From the human T2T-CHM13v2.0 reference genome, Homo sapiens, in the NCBI RefSeq assembly GCF_009914755.1, contig NC_060935.1: a stretch of 64,000 bases of DNA. One strand, 5' to 3'. This document shows, one piece after another, positions 37,380-51,719 of this stretch; position 1 is the first letter of the stretch, and every line of letters begins with the position of its first letter. Both the position numbers and the translations under genes were made by a program. The notes below the pieces were generated by a model, which was not told the origin of the DNA, made no database searches, and was given only the letters and a program-made list of their open reading frames with translations.

Positions 37380-39108
37380 TAGGAGCCTCTCTTCTTCATA
37401 CTAAAAAAAGTCTTCTCTCAGACCACCTTCCCCCATGCTCTTTGTACCATCTCTAGAAGTCTCATGAGAGAAGAAGCCATCCTCTCTTCCTGCTCACCCC
37501 ATTCCCTTCTCAGCAAGCTGCTCCCTGCCACCACTCTGAGACTACTCTCGGAAAAGTCAGCTTTAATTTGCCAAATCCGATGACCTTACCCGGTTACCTG
37601 TGTTTGCTGTAGCAATTGACACTGTTGACCATTGACTACTTCCAAAAATGCTCTCCCAGTGGGTCTCCCCATTGCTGTCATCCCCACTTCTCCAAGCATC
37701 TCTGACCAACATTTTTCAGTTCCTTCTTGGGATGTTCCTCCCTCACCCACCTTGGATGTTGTGTGCTTTGCATTCCCATCAGTAACTCTCCTGTCCTCTG
37801 TCTCTATGTGGACTTCCCAGCCATCTTATCCATTCCAACAGTTCAACCCCTTCCAAGAGGCTGATGAGACCAACATGTTTCTCTTCAGCTGTAATTCTCC
37901 ACCAAGCTCTCACTCCCATTTGTCAGCCCCTCCTGGAAAGCTCTAACTGAATAAGGAACAGGCACCTCCAACTCACAAACCCAAACCATGTCATTATCTT
38001 CTCCACCCCCTCTGCCAAAGCATGCTCCTCTGGCATTACCACATTCCATTAGGGAGTCCTGAGCCCTTCAACCCCCTCCTGGCATCTATTGATGCATTCG
38101 GTAAACATGTATGGGACCTTTCTCCCCCAGTAATCTCATTCATTCCCATGACTGTAAATAGCATTGGTAGGCTGACAACTCCAAAATTTATTCCTCAGCA
38201 GAGCTCTCCTCCTAGCTACAGATTTCACATCCTGCCGCACCCTCAACAGCAACTCCTCTGACGTATCTCCTAGCTACCTCACTCAATATATCCAAAATAA
38301 GACTCTTACCTTCTCTCCACTGTAATACTGTTCCTTTCCCAATTGAACCCATATTGGTAAATAGCACCTCCCATCACACAATTACCTAAGCTGAAAACAC
38401 AGACATCACCTTGATTCCTTCCTTTCCCCACTCATGCAGTTTCACCTATTAGCAATGCTCATGACTTCTTGTTCTAAAATATATCCAAAATCCGTCATTT
38501 TTTCCCCACTTTCATTGCCACCCCCATGATCTAGGCTGTAATCATGTTTTCTGTGGATGACTAGAGTATCTTACTCCCCTCCAAATTCATCCATGCCCTG
38601 CACAAGGAAATTTTTAAAAAACATAAACAGGATCATGTCATTTATCTTCTTCAAACCCATCAGTGGCCTCCACATTCCTTACCATGTCCTGTAAGCCTTT
38701 GTCATCTCTCCATTCTTTGTACTCCTCTCCAGGTCTATTCGTAATGACTAGATTTCTTTCAGATCCTCAAATAAGAAATAAGCCAAGCTCTTTTTAGCCT
38801 TGGAGACTCTGTGCTCCCTTCCTCTTCTGACTATGAAGCTTTTTTCAAGGTTGGCTCCTTCTTAAACTTTAGACCTCAGCTTAAATTCACCTTCCTAATA
38901 AAATCCACTATAATTTTTCATCACTTCACCCTGGACCTTTAATAGCATTTAACCATTTTTTGGATTTTTTTTTTTTTGGCTTGTTTACTGCTGATCTCCT
39001 CCATGAGGAGAGGGACCATGTCTGCTTTGTTCACCACTGGATTCTCAGCACAAAAAACATTATGCGGCACATAGGAATTGCTCAGTAAATATTTGTTGAA
39101 TGAATGGT
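37380..39108 (+). mobile_element. L2 LINE, long 3' portion
   Basis: RT relic 'gtagcaattgacactgttgaccat' (cf. AAFDTVDH); terminus cacataggaattgctcagtaaatatttgttgaatgaatg. Confidence 0.85.
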
Positions 39109-39709
39109 TGGAAAAATAAATGCATTTATAATATGCATAAAATGTTGGGTAAGACACAATCCTTGTTCTCAAGGGATGAGCCACCCAATAGAATAAAAAC
39201 TCATAATTGCAATACAATGGAGTTATTTCTTCTGTGAGAGGCAAGGTCAAAAATAGTATAGAAATACAGAGGTAAACCCTGCCTAGCAGGGGAAGAAGCA
39301 TGGAGGACTTCACAGAAAGCTAACAAATAGATGGGGTGGGCAGAGTATAAGATACAGATTTGGTAGATTTTTTTTTTTTTGGCTGATTGAATTGAAATTG
39401 AAATTTATGCTTGCATTTTAGCTTGAAGTTAAGTCAGGTAATCACCTGATGCTGGAGATAAGAGCTGGAAATTTGTGGTACCAATATAAAAATACAGTCT
39501 CAGTATTTGTAGAAAATAGTTAATTTGCTGCTATGTAAAATGCATTTCTTCTACCTCACCCTCCAAAAAGAGTGTCCAAAAATTATACTCTGTCCAATGT
39601 GCCAATATTATCAATGGAAAGCCACATGCTGCAGATGTAACTCAATGAATTGGATTAAGGACAGAGCAAGGGCCATGCCACATCACTACACTTCCTTGTT
39701 GGCATATAT

Positions 39710-40057
39710 GATTGTTCTCTTAGGCTATGTTATGCTGTGGTAGCAAGTGTGCCCAAAATCTTGGTGGCTTCCACAGCAGGTTTATGTCTCACTCACATTA
39801 CTTGTGTGTTGAATTTATCTTTATTCCCTCACCCAGACTGAAGCATCAGCTCCTATTAGTGACATGGTGGTCTGGAGACAAAAAGGGAGAAAGAAAGTGT
39901 AGAACCAAGTGATGGCTCTTAAAGCTTACGCTTGGAGATAACTAATGTCATTAGTGTTTCACTGGCTAAAGTGGATCACATAGTCAAGACTGGCATCATG
40001 GAGTCAGGGGTGTAAAATCCCTGCAAGCATTCTGTGATAAAAATATAATCTACCACA
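39710..40057 (-). mobile_element. MLT1 (K/L-type) LTR
   Basis: ttaggctatgttatgctgtggtagcaa...cccaaaatcttggtggctt...tggctcttaaagctt...aatctaccaca. Confidence 0.7.
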
Positions 40058-40739
40058 GCCTATACAATCCAAATTCATTGCTTACAGTATTTCATCACTG
40101 TAAGAATGCCAAGAAATATTTGTGTATGATCTAAATAGGAAATGTACCTAGACGTAAAACAACAGCTGATGCTACTGATGGAATGAGGCAGCGGAAAATA
40201 GCCAGCAAAGACACAAACTTCATGTCCTATTGGTAGACTAGCTCTGCAGAGCCCAAATTTAGGATTTCCTGAGGTTTTCAGTATATGACATCCATAGGAG
40301 GAAGATAGCCCTTTCTTCTTCCAAGACCAAATTAATATAAATTTCAATCCATAAATAAGAAGTATTTGTTTTTTTTCTTCAAAATACGTGATTTTGGAAC
40401 AAAAATAGAAGCATTTTATATGCCTACATATTTTTCAAGCTGGCAAATACATACAAAAGTTTTTGGTTGGCTTCAAGAATTAGAAAGCTTTTCTTTGTCT
40501 GTGATAGACATAGTTAAAAAAATAAATTTAGGGTCAGAGCCAGCAGCTTCTCAACCATATCATTAAGTGCAAATTCAAACAGACGTTTTAGAGGGAGGAG
40601 AAGGAGCCTACCATTTAATTAAAGCAAATACTCAAGTACAAGCTCCTCAATAACAGAGAACGTGTCATACATATTTTTGAATCCCCAGCACTACTGTAGT
40701 GCCTGGTACCCAGTAAGTGCCCAATAACTGTTTCATGCT

Positions 40740-41200
40740 AACATTTTTCTGGAGGGCAATTTATTTCAAATTCAAAATGCTCATTCAGGTTGACCCTGAA
40801 TTCCAAGTTTAAAGATTTACCCTAAGAAGATAATTGGAGATGTGCACAAAGAAAATAATTAGAAATGCATATGTTTATCACAGCCCTATTTATAATATCA
40901 TAAATTATTAATAATTAAAACTAGTCAAACATGTTACAGTATGTTATAATAAAATACTATATGAAAAGCTGTTTTCAAAGAACACTTAATTGTAACAGAA
41001 ATGAATTATGTTATGTGGGAGAAAATGTTACTGGTTAAAAAAACTAGTAGATATAATCTCATTTTAATAAAATATATACTAAATATGTGTGCACATATAT
41101 ATCATATATAGACATATGTACTTACATGCATATCTAAATGAGACAGAAAAAAGTTATCTCTTACAAAGGAAAAAAAATGTATGTTCCTTGCAAGCTCCTC
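40740..41200 (+). mobile_element. L1ME-type 3' fragments (continue ~41640-41760)
   Basis: ggagggcaattt...ttgaccctgaattcc...atgtttatcacagccctattt. Confidence 0.65.
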
Positions 41201-42223
41201 CTGGCTTTTAAGATAGAGGATGCTAAGATGGGTTCTTTGTTTACCCAGTGGAGACAGACATGGGAGGGTGCAGAGAGAAAAGAGGCTGGAGCTGGGACAA
41301 GACGGGCTCTGGGTGGCAGGTCTAATGATAGGCAGGGAGCTAAGGCAGTTGACATTGATGGGAATTAGAGGCACAGCAAAGACCCCAGATGTCTAGTGGA
41401 GATTTTGTATTCAGTTTTGCTGTGTGGTATGTACTGTATCTTTCTCCTTTGCCTCCCCCTGAAGATTTCAACAAAAGCTTCATTTTTCTCTTCTACTTTG
41501 TGCAGGTAGATTTGCTTTGAGAGGAGATGACCGAGTGCTGATTCTTGCTCAGGAGCAGGAAGCAAGGCTGTGTAAGGGGCCCAGCCACATCTGGGAGATT
41601 ACAATAAAAGGAAATGCACCGAAATATTAGACCATCATTAGCTTTGGGTAGAAAGAAAAGAAGGTGATTCTCATTTCCTTCTTTGTACTTTAATGGATTT
41701 TCCACATTTCTGCAATGAATATGCATTACTATCATAATCAAAAAAATGTTCTTTTTAAAAAATAATTTGATGTTGAATGAATGAATAGGTGAATAAATCA
41801 ATGAATGAATGAATTAACTAATTAGCGAAATGATTGACCGGGGCAACAGAAGCAAAAGCAGGATTCTAATTGACAAATTTGCTTGTTCTTATTTCCTGCT
41901 GTGGACATTAGTCAGTGTCTCTCTTTAGATGAGACATATTTAAAAAAAATACTCTTCAGAAGGAAGCAAGCAATGTTTTCATATTCTCTACTCTCCAACA
42001 TTTGCAAAATGCCTTCATCCCATCCAACTTGGGTCATGCTTGACATGCCTCTTATCTTTTCTCCCAGGGTCTGTGGCCAACACCCCCAGAATTCACTAGC
42101 ACAGAATTCCATGAAAATCGAAGAAAACCAGGCAAGAGATAGAAGAAACAGCATATACAAAGAAGCCTACTGACTGCTGGCTTTGAAATTCTGTGGCACT
42201 GTGTTTCTATGCAGCCCTATAAT

Positions 42224-42225
<2 letters not shown>

Positions 42226-42276
<51 letters not shown>
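42226..42276. repeat. (TG)25 microsatellite
   Basis: Perfect run, counted directly. Confidence 0.97.
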
Positions 42277-42280
<4 letters not shown>

Positions 42281-43461
42281 TATACATATAGAGGCATAAA
42301 GGCAAGGCTACAAATTGAAAACATATTTAACATACACCCAAATACATTTGATCTGAACCAGTGCCAAACCACATGTGTTGAATGTGTCAACAAACTGTCT
42401 GATTTGTTCCTACCTTACACGTAAACACTGTCAGGCCGGGCTGAAAATCAGGTGTGCTGTGTTGGATGGAACCTACAAGGGCTTCTATAGAAAGCATATT
42501 GTTTACCCATATGGGCTGGTGGAGATGGCAGCTGGGTGAGGGGAGGAACTTGCCACCTGCCAGGCCAAGAGACAAGCGGCCTGCCCTGGAGTCCTGGAAT
42601 CCAAGCTGAGGACAGCTCAAGGGCACAGAGAGCTTTCTGGAATATTTGGGGAGGATGATTACTGGGTAGACTCTTAGAGAGGAGAGGAGAGGGAGTGAGA
42701 GGGAGCAAGAAGCCTGCCTGACAAAGCTGATTTTTTTTGTACAGATGCTGCTGGCAGAAGAACAGGGTGGGAGCAGTGTGTTCAGCTACATTAGTCAGGG
42801 ATAGAGTTTTAATAGGCTGCAGAAGGAAATGATGACGGCAAAGTTAGGAGCAGTGAGTAACTCAATTTGAGAGAGCCAAGCTCCCCGGGAGATGACAGCC
42901 GAGGCACTATTTTTCTGTTTGGCTCCGTGGGGGCAGGGTCGGTGTTGGGGTCATGGCAGACACTGGCATTGGGAACAAACAAACACAAGCCAGGGCCTCT
43001 GGGAGGTGACCCTGTAGCTCCTCCTGCTGTGACACCATGACATACTGGGGCTCATCAGCAATGCCAACCCGTACGGAAATGATCCCAAGCAGCTGGGGAA
43101 AGAGCTGTCATTTATGGCTATAGGAGGGGAAGGAGAATGCTGTTCCTTAGGAGGCTTTGTACGTGGATGGCACATATTTTTATAAGAGAAGCCTTTTAAC
43201 TGCTTCAAGAGTTAAGGAGAGAAACCACCACCCCAAGAATGTAGAAGGTAACACAATGAGGTGCCGGTGGCCAGTGAGCCCAGTAAAGGGGCAAACTGGT
43301 GACAAGGGTGCCAGGACTCAGGGTGTCTGCATGTAAGTTAGTAAAAGGTGTCTCCCCTATGGGTGGAGGATGTGTGGCTGGATGGAAAGGAGAGCGGGAT
43401 GGATTCAGCCTTCACTTGTTCCTCTGACTGAGCAGCCTTGTTCAGGGTAAGGTAGAAACAA

Positions 43462-43497
43462 ATCAGGGTATGATCAGGATATGATCAGGGTATGATC
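43462..43497. repeat. 11-bp tandem repeat x3.3
   Basis: atcagggtatg-atcaggatatg-atcagggtatg-atc. Confidence 0.9.
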
Positions 43498-43519
43498 TTA
43501 AGCAGCAGCCCTGAAGCCT

Positions 43520-44030
43520 AGCCTTCAATAAACAAACTCCTTGGTGAGCCAGCTCCAACATGACCATCCAGCCTAGTCTCATATGACACTTGCTGCAAAC
43601 CCACACCCCAGCAGAACTAACCATTCTCCCGGCTTGCCTTGACTTTCCCACATTTAGAATTTTGTTCCTGCTGTTCTCTTTGGCCACAACACCCTAACCT
43701 GCATCTTCGCCTAACCTTATCCCATGTGTTTTCAAGGTCCTGCCCAAATACCACCTCCTCCAAGAATTCACCTCTGGTTGCCTTCACATCAAAGTGACCT
43801 TGCCCCAATCTGAGTTCTTGCAGAATCCCATCTCTACATTTCTCATCTTATCATTTTTGGGTCATTATTTACCTCTTTCTACCCTGTAGTTTTTACATGG
43901 ATGTCTTATCTTCTCTACAGACTGTGAGCCCCCTGAGGGCAAGTCCTGTATCTTATTCATGTCACACACCCCATAGCAGTAAAGTGTGACACCTGGCACA
44001 TGAAAGGTCGTCAATAGGCAGCCTTGTGGA
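43520..44030 (+). mobile_element. L2 3' end
   Basis: agactgtgagccccctgagggcaag...cctggcacatg. Confidence 0.75.
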
Positions 44031-44084
44031 AACAGTGTTAGGCAAAGCAAGTTAAGACCCCAGCTCTTGTCACTTGAAGACAAT

Positions 44085-44325
44085 AATAGCTAGTCATTTA
44101 TCATCACATGTGTCAGGTATTGTTGAAAGTGCTTAATACATAGGAAGTTACTAAATTCTCCTAACTAGTCTAGGTAAGTTCTGTTTTTATCTCCAAGTGC
44201 AGAACAGGAAACTGAGACACAGAAAGGTTAAGTATCCTGCCCAAGGTCACCAACAGTAAGTAGCAGAAGTGACATTTGAACTCAAATCAACTGGCTCAGA
44301 GTCCACGCTTGTAACCATGTACTGT
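44085..44325 (-). mobile_element. MIR SINE
   Basis: ggaaactgagacacagaaaggttaagtatcctgcccaaggtcac. Confidence 0.85.
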
Positions 44326-44436
44326 CCTTTCCCTATGTTGATGGAGCTTGGATTTGATCGGTCTGATTCTTACCTTCTTTATCTGTATAGTGGGGATAAT
44401 GATACTTATATATTACGTATGCATATATATCAATCA

Positions 44437-45961
44437 CGGTCATGTGCATAATGACATTTTAGTCACTAATGGACTGCATAAACAATGGTGGTCCCATTAG
44501 ATGGTAATGGATGGAGCTAAAAAATTCCTACCAGCTAGTGCTATAGTCGTCGTGTCATTGTAGCCATCATAACATTCTGGTGCAACACCTTACTCACATG
44601 TTTGCGGAGATGTTAGTGTAAACAGACCTATTATGCTGCCAGTCATATAAAAGTGAAGCACATATAATTATGGACAGTGCATCATACTTGATAATGATAA
44701 TAAATGATTATGTTACTAGTTTATGTATTTACTATGCTATACTTTTAGTTGTTAGAGTGTTCTCTTACCTATATTTTTTAAAAAGTTAAGTGTAGAACAG
44801 CCCCAGGCAGGCCCATCAAGAGGGATTCCAGAACGCACTGTCATCATAGGAGGTGACCGCTCCCTGTGTGTTACTGCCCCTGAAGACCTACTAGTGGGAC
44901 AAGATGTGGAGGTGGAAGACGGAGAGATTGATGACCCTGACCCTGTGTAGGCCTAGGCTAATGTGCGTATTTGTGTCTTAGTTTTTAACAACAACAACAA
45001 CAACAACAAATTTTTAATTAAAACTTTTAAAAATAGAATAAAGTTAATAGAGTAAGAACAAAAAGAGGCCGGCCGTGGCGGCTCACGCCTGTAATCCCAG
45101 CACTTTGGGAGGCTGAGGCAGGCGGATCACCTGAGGTGGGGAATTTGAGACCAGTCTGACCAACATGGAAAAACCCAGTCTCTACTAAAAAAAAAAAAAA
45201 AAAAATTAGCTGGGCGTAGTGGCACATGTCTGTAATCCAGCTACTCAGGAGGCCAAGGCAGGAGAATCGTTTGAACACGGGAGTCGGAGGTTGCGGTCAA
45301 CCAAGATCATGCCACTACACTCCAGCCTGGGCAACAAGAGCTAAACTTTGTCTCGAAAAAAAAAAAAAAATTGTACAACTGTATAATATGCTTATGTTTT
45401 AAATTGTTATTACAAATGAGTCAAAAAGTTTGAAAAACCATTAACACGTTTATAAAGTAAAACAGTTACTGTAGGCTGAGGATAATTTATTCTTGAAGAA
45501 AGAAAATTATATTTTTATAAATGTAGTGCAGCTCAAGTGTACAGTGTTGATAAAGTCTGCAATGATGTACCATAATGTCCTAGGCCTTCACAATTCACCC
45601 ACCCCTCACTCACTGCCTCTCCCAGAGCAAGTTCCAGTCCTGAAACCTCCATTCATAAGTGCCCTATATTATAGGGGTATAATTTTTTATCTTTTATATT
45701 GTATTTTTATTGTATCTTTTCTATGTTTAGATGTGTTTAAATACACAAATATTTACCATTGTGTTCCAACTGCCTACAGTATTCCATACAGTAAGTGCTG
45801 TTCAGGCTTGTAGTGTAGGAGCAATAGGCTATACCATATAACCTAGGTGTGTAGTAGGCTCTGCCATCTGGGTTTGTGCACTCTATAATGTTTGACAGTG
45901 ATGAAATCGCATAAGAACACATTTTTTAGAATATATCCCTATGTTAAGCAAGGCATGACTG
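44437..45961. mobile_element. Tigger3b/Golem-type non-autonomous TcMar transposon, full length, Alu inside
   Basis: TIRs cggtcatgtgcataatgac / gttaagcaaggcatgactg followed by TA; about 1.2 kb once the Alu is removed. Confidence 0.88.
45067..45370 (+). mobile_element. Alu (AluSp-like)
   Basis: ctgaccaacatgga, gttgcggt and ggcaacaagagc diagnostic-type positions; pure A linker. Confidence 0.95.
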
Positions 45962-46072
45962 TAGGTATTAGCTATGTACATTCTCGAAACCTAATAAATC
46001 TTCAATAAAAAGTAGTCCTATTAACATATATGTTTTGAATGAAAAAAATAGGGAATGCAGAAATGTTATCAA

Positions 46073-46386
46073 GAGCAGTATTTCCAATAGAAATATAACA
46101 CAAGCCACAAATGTCAGCCACGTATGGAATCTAAGTTTCTCTGGTAGTCGCAGTCATAAGGAGACAAACAAGTAGATAAAATTAATTCTAATAATATATT
46201 TAACCTAATATATCCATAATTTTATTATTTCAACATGTAATCATTACAAAAATTATGAATGAGATATTTCACTCTATTTCTTTACACTAAGTCTTCGGAA
46301 TATGTCTTGCATTTTATACCTATGGCAGGTCAGGCTAACTACATTTCAAGTATTCAAGAGCTTGCAGCTACTGCATTAAAGTATAG
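46073..46386. mobile_element. MER33-type hAT-Charlie MITE
   Basis: tccaatagaaatataac...aattaattctaataatata...tttcaacatgtaatca...acatttcaagtattcaa. Confidence 0.8.
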
Positions 46387-46584
46387 ATCCAGCAGATCTA
46401 AGGAAAAAACCCTATCTGAAAATCCAGTTAGGAAGTCAAACTTCTGCCATTTGAGATATGACAAATTTTCTTTCTTCAAGAGCTGATTATTAAAACGTAA
46501 ATACCTCTCGGAAATACCAATGACTGCTGATGCTGAGGCTGATGTTGCCACTCAGACCAGTTGGGACATTCAGAAACCACATTC

Positions 46585-46720
46585 AGGGTTAAAAGTGTGA
46601 ATCTCAGAGTTGGGCACACTTGTGTTCAAATCACAGCTCTGCCTCTTAACGATTCATGGCACCTTGGCTGAGTCCTTTCCCATGGCTATGCCAGTTTCCT
46701 CATCTGGGAAAGGAGTACTG
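46585..46720 (+). mobile_element. MIR SINE
   Basis: gttcaaatcacagctctgcctctt...accttggc...cagtttcctcatctg. Confidence 0.75.
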
Positions 46721-48019
46721 TATTAGGACGGAGAGAGATGAGGAAAGCAGGGGCCAGCACAGGTGTCAGTTCACTTCCTGCTCCCCTTGACCTCTGTGTC
46801 AACATAGTTATCTCTCTCCCTATCCCCTCCCTATTATACGGACACACTATGAAGGCATTTGCTGGATGAATCACCATTTGGGGAGCGCTGCTTGATCAAT
46901 TATCCCAGGGATTTGTTGAGTGTCTATGTTCCTAGAACATGGAGGCACTGAGGGGGATCTCAAAAATGTGCATCATGAAGTTTTGCACAAAAAACTTCAT
47001 GTGCATTGTTTTCATCCCTCATGCTGATCCGAGGATTTTCACATCCACTGTGACTTGGACTCTCCCTTGGAGTCTGGTCTCAGCCTGTGTTCTCCTCCTC
47101 TACCCCTGCCTGGAGCTTTTTATTCCTGGGTAAAGGAAGCAGCAGCTGGGTCCTTGACTGCTACCATCAGATGCAGACGTAAGGCCCCAGCTGTAGGAAG
47201 TGGACTTTGCCTCTGGCCCTGTCCATAAATGCCTCTTCTATTATTTGCCTCTTTTCTCCTTTTCTTCTTGGGCTCAGGACTTGTTGCAGTTACTCTGTCA
47301 TAGCCTGTTACTTGACTTTGTCTAGTCTGGCCTGTAAGACAAAGGCAAGTTGTGTGAGGGGCCACCCAAAAAGGTGAACACAAGTAGAAGAGCCTGAGAG
47401 GCTCAGTTACACATGCCAGGGTGCCATCCAAGGGGCCAGGGATACATTTCTGCCACAGAGGGAAAAACCAACAGTCAAGAGGAAAAGCCCAAAAATAAGG
47501 GCTGACTGCTTTGAGCCAAGAAGACCAGTTGAGGACCTAATGGCATAAGAAACAGTATGAGCTGAAGTCTGGGTATGCCATGAGAAATAAGGGAATGATA
47601 CATGAATGGGTTGGTCTGTCCAGGAAGCTAAGTCTGCGCATGAGGTGTGTGTTCCAAAACAACCCTTTCACTCAACACCCACATAGGTTCTTGGGCACAG
47701 GAGCTCCTAATGCCTCCTTGCTTGTTTCCATGGCTTGCAAACCTCAGATACCTTGCAAATATCTCCACCTGCATGTTGAAACATCAGACATTTCAACTTG
47801 GGCTTGAGCTTGTCTCTATCGTTGTCAACTACTTACTCAGCTGTGCCCTGCTACACTAGCATGCCCTGCCTGCCATTCTGGACACAGTGTCTATTCCATC
47901 CTGGTCATGACCTCACCGGTCTCTTTCTAGTTTATAAGCCATGCCCACCTAATCTTAAGACATAACATTAGGATGCTTACTGTCTCAGAGGGCAGCTTGA
48001 CACACCTAGGGTTTGGCAT

Positions 48020-48245
48020 AAAATAGTGGTGAAGGGCTTTTATGTCAGAAAGATCTATGTAGAAATTTCAGCTCTACCACTTGTAGGATTTTAATCAAGT
48101 GGTCCAATATCAATATTCTCATCTCTAAAATGGGCATAATAAGATCTATTTTATGGAGCTGCTGTGACATATAAATGAGGGAATAATATATGTAAAGTAT
48201 CTTTCAATACCTAGCACATAGGAAGCACTCAATCTATAGTAGCTT
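48020..48245 (+). mobile_element. MIR SINE
   Basis: cagctctaccact...ctcatctctaaaatgggcataata...cacataggaagcactcaat. Confidence 0.8.
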
Positions 48246-48924
48246 ACCTCAAATAAAGAAGTGATTTCTCCAGTGGCTCACCATGCAGTGAATGCAAAAT
48301 CCTTAGCCTGGCACATGAGCCCTGTGCAAACAGACTCTGCATCTTCTCTGCCTCATTTTGTACACTTTCCACAAGCTGTCTTCACCCTTGCCATACTCAA
48401 CCACAGAACTCTGGAGTCTGCCACATGCTTTGCTGCTGTCTCTCCTTAGGATGCTCATTGCCACCCTATTTACCTGGCTAGCTCCCACTCCCACAGTGCA
48501 ATGATGATGCAGTGGTTTGTCTTTATCAGTAGGATTCTTGAAGTCCTAGAGTTTGCTTTGGAAATTTAGCTAAAAATAATACCTGTATAAATGTCTTCAT
48601 TGCTTAGAGAACCTTGCACCTTGAATAATCACAATGGACCGTTGAAGAAGGAGGAGGAAAGGGAGAGGAACTAGAAGAGGGCAGAGATACAGCTCAGGTG
48701 GGCAGCCTGAGCCATCCACAAATCAGCCCCAAATCTACGTCCTCCAAAGCCATCCCTAACTCTCCACCTGAAATGCAAGCTCCCCTTCTGTAGAGCCTAA
48801 GTCACCTCACAGAGCCCTCAACCATATTTCTGTTCTCTGTGCCATAACCACCAACCCAAACTCCTTGAGGGCAGGGCTATGTCATTCTTGTTTCTGTACC
48901 CAGGGGCCTTACATAGAAAATCAA

Positions 48925-49180
48925 TAATAGTAAGAGCAAATATGTAGTAAGTGTTTACACTCTTTCCAGGAAAAATGCTATGCCCTTTACAAACATTATC
49001 TCATTTAATCTTCAAAAACCTATGTGAGAGAAACTATTATTAGCTCTGTTTTTCAAGAGGAGAACTTGAGGCCTATATGCACTAAATAACTTGTTGCAAT
49101 AAAACAAACGAATGGGTAAGTGAAGGGGCTGATATTCCAACTTGGAGTAATCTCACTCCAAAGTCTGGACACTTGGTCCC
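48925..49180 (-). mobile_element. MIR SINE
   Basis: attatctcatttaatcttcaaaaacctatg...gaacttgaggc. Confidence 0.75.
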
Positions 49181-50109
49181 ACCATTCAAGGAGCAGTGAA
49201 TGAAAAAGTGGAAATGATATAATTAATCAAGTTATAGAGAGTAGAGAGTAGTGGAATAGAGAAGCATACTCTTTAATCAATCATTTTTGGTCTTTTAATT
49301 GCATATTTATAATTTATGGCACACATCATCATGGTAGATGGTGAAATATTTTTTAAAAAACAAAAGTTTGAGAAATAAAACACTGGCCAATGGTTTTGGT
49401 ATCACCCAGATCATAGAACAACTGTCCAAGCAGTGGTCAGCCAACCACCCTTGGAAGACACAAAGTACTATGGTCAGCCACCTCCTGCTTCCCCTCCTCC
49501 TCCATCTTCCTGTGCAGAGATGCTCCCTACTGTGTCATTGCAGAAACTAGTAAGGAACTGAAGCCCTCCCGAGGTCCAGGCTCAAGAGTAGAGGATGCTG
49601 GCTGGCCATCCCCACCTCTGAGGGGACAGGAGAAAGGAAGAAAACATCTGAAAGCAGTGGCATTTCGTTCTGGACCCCACGCACATGAATGATGCACTAA
49701 GACAATTCTCTGCCTTATCATAAATTCTGCAAACTCATGAACTTTGCAATCTCTGAAGCTCAGCGCTGTATGGGAGCCACTTATCTTGTGCTGAAAGCAA
49801 TATAAAAACAGATGGCAAAGAGTGCATCGGGAGATAAATCAGCGGCCTGGCTGCCAGGAGTTTGCGGACAAACACAACATGGCCAGCTTCTCAACTCACG
49901 ACCATAGGGATGGCTCAGCAGGGGCACCCCTGGGGTAAGACAGCCCGGCTGGCAGACAGGGTGGCTGGCAGGAGAAGACAGAACAGAGTCCCTTGGGAAG
50001 GGCAAGGGAGAAAAGGCACCTTCGTAGGCAGCCTTGGGAAAGCGGCCAGCCCTTTCCCAAGAGGGAGAACATGGGTAGAGGACAGCTTGGGGCACTGTCC
50101 ACAAAATTG

Positions 50110-50320
50110 TAGCTGAGAGCAGAGCTCTAGCATTTCTACAACACTTTCCATTGTCACCACAGTGAATGCTCATCACAGCCCTGTGAGATATTAATACTTA
50201 TTTTTGCAGATAGGGAAACTGAGTCTCAGGGAGTATTACTTGGCCAAAGTCATGCAGCAGAGCCAGGACTTGAATCAAGGGTCATGACTATGGAGCTCTG
50301 CTACTCACATCACAGGGTCT
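50110..50320 (-). mobile_element. MIR SINE
   Basis: ttgcagatagggaaactgagtctcag...ttggccaaagtcatgcagc. Confidence 0.75.
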
Positions 50321-51719
50321 AGTTTGGCCTTATTTGACTCTCACCACAGCTGTGAGGAAGGTGGACAAAAAATGAAAATGAGACTCAGGGTTGACATGCC
50401 TGCCTGAGATCATGAGGCGGGTATGCAGCTGAGCTGGAGAAGCACCCCATCTGCGGGCTGTCTCCACCTCCCCAGGCTGCAGGCCAGGCTGGTGCACTAG
50501 TGACAGGCCAGCCTACACTCTGCCTTTGCCCTGGGGCCACAGTGAGTCTCCAAAGACACAGGGCAATGTCCACACCTGCTGGGGACAGGCCCAGCAAAGA
50601 GGCAGTAAGAGGAAAAAGCAAAAAAGATATAGAAGAAAGGGGAAACATTAAGGGACAAGAGACGAGGGGCAAGAGAACAAGAGAAGACAAGAGAAAGAAG
50701 AAGACAGGTGCCCAGGAGGGCAGGAGGTATAAAGAGTGTATGCTACAGCCTGAGGAATACCTTAGCGGTGCTCAGCGGTGCTGGGCCAGGGTCAGCCCAT
50801 CCTTGGAACATGCACAGTGGAGCCAGAGAGAAAAGACACCACCACTGTGTGCTCTGAAAAATGCCACAAATGCCCTCTCCTCAGAGCGGGCCGACAAAGA
50901 GCAACTCACGTGTGTGGGGGCTATATTGTCCCCATGCAGCAAATATGTCTTTAGTGAGCACCTACTCAGTGCCAGGCATGGCTGAGTGCTAGAAGAACAA
51001 AATGCTGGTGTAAACAGTGATGCTGAGACATGAAGATGAAGCCAGGTTTCAGATTAGCAGCCACAGACCCAAGGCCTGAAAGAAAATGGATCAATAAGCA
51101 ATGTATAATACTCAAACTGAAAAACTGCAACCCAGCATTGTGGCATGAACCCAGGCATGGGAGGCAGGCTGAATCCTAGCTCCATGCTCTGGACAGTGTG
51201 ACCTGGAGCTGTTCTGGAACCTCTCTTAGCCCAAGGTCTGCAACTGCCACTCAGGGCTAGTGCTGTCACTTCAAAGACTTGTGGGTGTGATGAGGTGTTG
51301 GATGAGAAGCCCCTAGCACTCATCTGCCACACAGGCACTCTGCAAATGCTCACTCTCTCCTCTCTCAACCACCCGGAGATTGGCCCAGTCAGGTACCTTT
51401 TACTCCTCCCCACTAAGTCCCTATTGGACCCTTTCCCACACTGCTCAAGCCCGCACTCTGCGTCCTTCCGGTGCTTGAGCACTGGCCTTGGCCTTCTCAT
51501 CCGCACTGGGGTTTAGAGGACCTTGAGTCTTTAAGTAGTATATTTCTGTCCCTTTGGTCTGAACTTCCCCAGGGTAGAGACCGTACCTCCCATTCCTGAG
51601 ACCTCCACAGTCAACACCACCATGGGACTGTGGCCCTGGGGGCCTATGCCTGGGTGCGGGCTGAGTGACTTTGTCCACCGCAACTCAAAGAGAGATCTGT
51701 CTAGTGCATATGGAGCCCC

